Part shown: piece after piece, positions 58,546 to 64,000 of the stretch | Layout: every line of letters starts with the position of its first letter | Numbering within the stretch: the first letter of the stretch is position 1 | From: Eledone cirrhosa | Taxonomy: Eukaryota | Direction of reading: 5' to 3' | Assembly (NCBI GenBank): GCA_964016885.1 | Contig: OZ024743.1 | Coordinates: forward strand, 69,998,001-70,062,000 | Length of the DNA: 64,000 bases | The notes under the pieces: generated by a model | Told to the model about the DNA's origin: nothing | What the model saw: only the letters and a program-made list of their open reading frames with translations | The model's database searches: none | Program-made: the position numbers and the translations under genes

Positions 58546-58795
58546 TACTATATTATATTACATATTTTACATTATAAATTCAATAGATCATATGGCATTA
58601 AATGCACATTAAATGCTAGTATATTATATTGTTTTATATTATATTACAACATTATAATGTATTATATTATATCATATTATATTATACAAAATTATGTTTT
58701 ATATTATATTATATTATATTATATGTATATGGATTGTACTATACAAGATTATATTAAATAAGATTACATTACACCGTATTGCCTTAATTATGTAT

Positions 58796-58880
<85 letters not shown>

Positions 58881-58962
58881 CGAATAGATAGATAAATGGA
58901 TTGATGTATATATACATATCAATCTATATTTACACAAACACACGCACACACACACATTCACG

Positions 58963-58993
<31 letters not shown>

Positions 58994-59044
58994 TTATACA
59001 TATAAATGGATAGATAGATAGGTAAATGTGTATATATATATACA

Positions 59045-59088
<44 letters not shown>

Positions 59089-59235
59089 CTTGTAGAGATA
59101 TTGTTTCCAACGCTGTTATTGTTATTCTATAGCCAGCTCTATAAGGAGGAACGATATATTGATTGGTATTTAAGTAGTTTAATACAGGATATAAAACAAA
59201 TCCTGGTAATCTCATCAGAAATTTGTGTTCAATTT

Positions 59236-59505
59236 ATGGTGGGGGGTGCTGGTGCTGGTATGGGGGGGGTCATGGTGGTGGTGGTGGTGGTGCTGGTGGT
59301 GGTGGTGGTAGTGTTGGTGGTGAGGGTCGTGATGATGAGGATGGTGGTGGTTTGTGGTGGTTGTATTGATGATAATGGTGGTGGTGGTGGTGGTGGTGGT
59401 TGTGGTGGTGGTGGTGGTGGTGGTGGTGGTGGTAGCGGTGGTGGTTGTGGTAGTGTTTGTAGTGGTGGTTGTTGTATTGGTGGTATTGGTTGTGGTGATG
59501 ATGAT
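59236..59505. repeat. (GGT)n-rich repeat
   Basis: Source of the poly-V and poly-G ORFs. Confidence 0.9.
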
Positions 59506-59774
59506 GGTTTGTGCAGATTATAATTATGATGATGATGATCTTTGCATTTTAGTATGAATCCGTAGATTTACTTGGTTTTTTATTGATGAATTAGTAAATA
59601 GCGAGAAGGGAATAAATAGTAATGATTGAAATACATACAACTTACACATATAGGTATAGACACACGTATACATAGAGATACACACACATACAAACACATA
59701 CATATACATACATGCTTATATATTTATATCTATATCTACACACATATAATTGTATATATATAAATACATATATA

Positions 59775-59849
<75 letters not shown>

Positions 59850-59901
59850 AATGCATATATATATATATATAAATACATGTATATATATATATATATATAT
59901 A

Positions 59902-60319
59902 TTTCGTTTCTAAATTTGTTTAGCAAGATTCTTTATCTGAATCGTGTGTTGAAACCGATATTGTTATACTTTGGGAGGGTCATGTTGCCAATAAGAAACA
60001 CACGCACCAGTTGCTTTCACTTCAATTTATTATATATTTATAAACTTATAAATTTACAAATCTACAAATTTATAAATTTCTGGTTGGTTGGTTCCACAAC
60101 CAGATAGTTGTTTATATATAGTCATAGTCCTTTCGTCACACACTCTGTGACCTCTTCAGTGACTGGGGATTCCTTTCTTTGTTTCTGTGCCTTTCCTTTC
60201 TTCTGTCCTACGCCATTTTGTAGATTTGTAAATTTATAAGTTTATAAATATATAATAAATTGAAGGGAAAGCAACTGGTGCGTGTGTTTCTTATTGGCAA
60301 CATGCCCCTCCCAAAGTAT

Positions 60320-60326
<7 letters not shown>
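59902..60326. mobile_element. fold-back PLE terminal-repeat cassette with a hammerhead in the loop
   Basis: Arms about 59958-60070 and 60215-60326. Minus strand 60120-60164 reads AGTCA-CTGAAGA-GGTCACA-GAGTG-TGTGAC-GAAA-GGAC-TA-TGACT. Shares TTGTTATACTT..GAGGGTCAT with 53746. Confidence 0.8.
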
Positions 60327-60390
<64 letters not shown>

Positions 60391-60717
60391 TATATATATA
60401 TATATATATTATATATAATTGTTTCTACTTTAGTCAGAAGGCCACCAATTATCCAGTGCATTACTGGTACTTTATTTTATCGACCCCGTAAGGATGAAAG
60501 ACAAAGTCAACCTCGGTGGTGCATATACATATATATATATTATATATATATATATATATAACTGCATATATATAAATACATGTATATATATATAGAAAAA
60601 AAAATATATATACATGTAATTATATATAAATATGCATTTATATATATATATATATATATGTATAATAACATATATATGTATATGCATTTATTTATATAAT
60701 ATATATATATATGCATA

Positions 60718-60774
<57 letters not shown>

Positions 60775-60915
60775 GCATATATATATATAAACTCTTAGAA
60801 AGACAAACACATATACGCACATACAAAATTATTTACAGAAATCTGCCTGCACACATATAAATATATAAACATACACGCATAAATCTATATATATATGTTT
60901 ATGTCTATACGCATA

Positions 60916-60946
<31 letters not shown>

Positions 60947-60947
60947 G

Positions 60948-60986
<39 letters not shown>

Positions 60987-62540
60987 GGACATGCATATAT
61001 ACACATACGAACAACAACAACAACAACAACAACACTTAATGAATGATAGCACATGTAGAATAACAAAGAACCAAGAAATAATATTAAAAAACAAAACAAA
61101 AAAATCAACACAACAAATAAATACACGGTCATCTGTCGATAGATCAATATTTTGTAGTGAAAAGGTGATTGGTAATTCGTGGATCACTAACGAGGTAGAA
61201 AATGAAATTGGTTGGATGGTGGCCACGAGGTGGGTCTGTTTACTGGTCGATTGCTTGGACGTCTTGCAAGATTTACTTCAGCATCCAGGTCAATGGTTTT
61301 GTGGTCAATCAATGGTCGTATGAATTAATAAGGAAATGTGTTTGTATGTCTTCTATGTTTGTTTAACCCTAGGCCAGACTGAGTTTAATTGAGAAGAAAT
61401 CTGTTCAAAGAAGTTCAGGCCATGTCCATTTCATAAATTTCTGGAGGGAAGGGTGTGTTCTGTGGTTGTCTTGTTGGTCTTTACTCGATATTTTTCTTGT
61501 TTGACCCCAGGTCAGACTGAAGGAAAATGATTAAAGATGACACAGCCGTATTCTCTTCAACTTTGTCTTGTTTTAATTCGGTGTGTTTGATGATGTTTTT
61601 TTTCTGGTTACATTTGTGGTTTAACTATAAGTCAGATTGCGAACCATTCAGATAAATGTGGTCAAAGACGACCCAGCCATGTTTCCTTCACTTTTGATTT
61701 GTTTTTGAATGGCAGAGTGTGTTCGACTTAAATTGGATATTTTTGTTGTTTATTATTCTATATTTACTGTTATACCTTCACAGCTAAGTCTTTATCTCAC
61801 ATAATATCGAATATATATTTCATTTTAATATATTATTCATTTTAAGAACAATACATTAAGTAAGCACAGCCAGTTTGAACAGAAAGAGGCGAGAGAAATG
61901 TAGCCGGATACGGCCGGTTTAAATGCTATAGGGTTAATCTCAGATAAGATTAGTTGAAAAGAATATGCTTTTTTGGTTTCTGTTGGGGTGATTATGTCAT
62001 TGCCAACATTCTATAATGTACGAGGTTATCCGTCCTTCACATTTTCAACCCTTAATGTTTGATTTGAGATATATTGGCTGCTGTTTCTAGCATGGTGAGT
62101 GTCGATATAAAAACTATAGCAGAAGAACTACTCCAAAGTATTGCTCACTCGGAATCGAATTCAGAAGCATATGGTTGTCAAGTTCAAACTTCTTAACCAC
62201 GTAGATAAGCGTCTGCTATATTTTTATATTTTCTGGTTTTACTCCTAAAGCAGTTGATTTGGCGAAGCAGTTAAAGTGTTGGATATTTGTTATGGTTCTC
62301 TCTGTTCTGAGTTCAAATCCAGCTGATGTATATTTTGTCTTTCATCTTTTCAGAGTCGATGCTTGTGTCTCATGTTTTCCTTCTAGCTGTCACATCCTGA
62401 ATGTTCCGTTGGAGCAAAGAAGGGGTAGGATTGAGAAAGTATCTGCTCACGATTGCAAGGGCAATAAAAAACATTTGCGGAAATATAGTATATACTACCA
62501 CGTTATATTCGATTGATAGTGATGGCTGTGGTGTAATTAT

Positions 62541-62775
62541 TTCACCCTTTGTTACCAAACCAGCCAAAACCGGCTCTGGTTCTACGGAATAAAGTCGCCC
62601 ATTCTAAAGGTTTCCAATTTAAATTAAAAATCTTCCAACATAATTAATATAAGAACCTTACATTAAGTATCTTATTGATGAAATAATTAATAATTTAACT
62701 AAATCTCTCGAAAGTCTTTATTAGTTAATCAAAATAGAGTGTATTTCATTAGAAATGTGGTCATTAAAGGGTTAA
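62541..62775. mobile_element. TTAA-type (piggyBac-like) MITE
   Basis: TTCA-CCCTTTGTTACC ... GGTCATTAAAGGG-TTAA; a related single end TATAGGGTTAA lies at about 61927-61937. Confidence 0.5.
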
Positions 62776-63082
62776 TCTCATTTTCCGACGTCCATTGAAA
62801 GAAACAATTACGTCCCTTTCCTAAGGTGTCCTTGTGATGCCGCCCATTTATTTCTCTTTCGGCAAAATAAAAGAAACGATCATTATTATAGCTATTATTG
62901 TAAGGTACAGTTTACCTTCTTTCCTGTTCATTTTTCACGCCATCCCAACAAACCGGCACCACCATCTCTACCGCTAACAATAACACCACCACCACCACCA
63001 CTAACAACAACAACAACAACAAAAACAGCAGGAGTAAGAGCAATAGTTCTTCTTCACACCTATACTCAATAACTCCCAACCA

Positions 63083-64000
63083 TAGCCAACCAGCCAGCCA
63101 ACCCTCCAGCCAGCCAAACAACCAGCCAGCCAACTAGTCAACCAGCTAACCAACCAGCCAACCAAACAACCAAACAGCCAACCAACCAACCAGTCAATCA
63201 GCCTACCAACCAACCAGCCAGCCAACCAACCAACCAGCCAATCAAGCAACCAGCCAACCACCCAACCAGCCAATCAACCAATCAGCCAACCAACTAGCCA
63301 ACCAACCACCCAACCAACCAGCCAACCAACCAAATAATCAGCCGACCAACCAACCGACCAACCAACCAGCCAACCAGCCAGCCAACCAGCCAACCAACCA
63401 GCCAGCCAACCAACCAACCAGCCAGCCAACCAACAACCAACCAGAAAACCAACCAACCAGCCAACCAACCAACAAGCCAACCAACCAACCAGCCAACCAA
63501 CCAACTAGTCAGCCAACCAACCAACCTACCAGCCAACCAGCCAGCCAACCAGCCAAACAACCAGCCAACCAACCAACCATCCTACCAACCAAGTAGTTAG
63601 CCAACCAACCAACCTACCAATCAACCAGCCAAGCAGCCAACCAACCAGCCAAACAACCAACAAACCAACTAACCAGCCAACCAACCAGCCAACCAACCAG
63701 CCCACCAGCCAACCAACCAGCCAACCAACCAGCCAACCAACCAGCCCACCAGCCAACCAACCAGCCAACCAACCAGCCCACCAGCCAACCAACCAGCCAA
63801 CCAAGCAACCAACTAGCCGGCCAACCAGCCAACCAGCCAACCAACCAGCCAACCAACCAACCAGCCAACCAACCAACAAACCTACTAACCAGCCAACCAA
63901 CCAACAAACCAACTAACCAGCCACCCAACCAGCCAACCAACCAGCCACCAGCCAACCAACCAGCCAACCAGCCAACCAACAAGCCAACCAGCCAACCAAG
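63083..64000. repeat. (CCAA)/(CCAG) tetranucleotide satellite
   Basis: Direct reading; source of the W/L/V/G ORFs. Confidence 0.95.

Noticed and set aside
62912-63982. W/L/V/G-rich membrane-like ORFs
   Set aside because: They are the reverse translation of the CCAA/CCAG satellite.

Overview
AT-rich animal genomic DNA, almost certainly intronic or intergenic. The SINE families resemble those I recall from octopod cephalopods (inference, not a database result). No host protein-coding gene, rRNA, tRNA or CRISPR array is supported; most listed ORFs are translations of microsatellites. The window is a mosaic of degenerate retroelements (Tx1/L1-like, RTE, CR1, R4/Dong, CRE-like, Penelope-like elements [PLEs]), Helitron-like and TTAA MITE-like DNA elements, two tRNA-derived SINE families, minisatellites and long microsatellites. 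The most striking pattern is about a dozen fold-back (inverted-repeat) cassettes set in or beside (TA)n tracts. Several carry minimal type I hammerhead ribozyme cores, and some can be traced to a PLE with RT and GIY-YIG domains at 53.7-56.1 kb. Other highlights: a (TATC)n-associated Tx1 family stacked in tandem, a palindromic Helitron 3'-5' junction, a 68-bp satellite born inside a CRE endonuclease domain, and a nested pair of 27-bp minisatellites. Coordinates were read by eye and may be off by a few bases.
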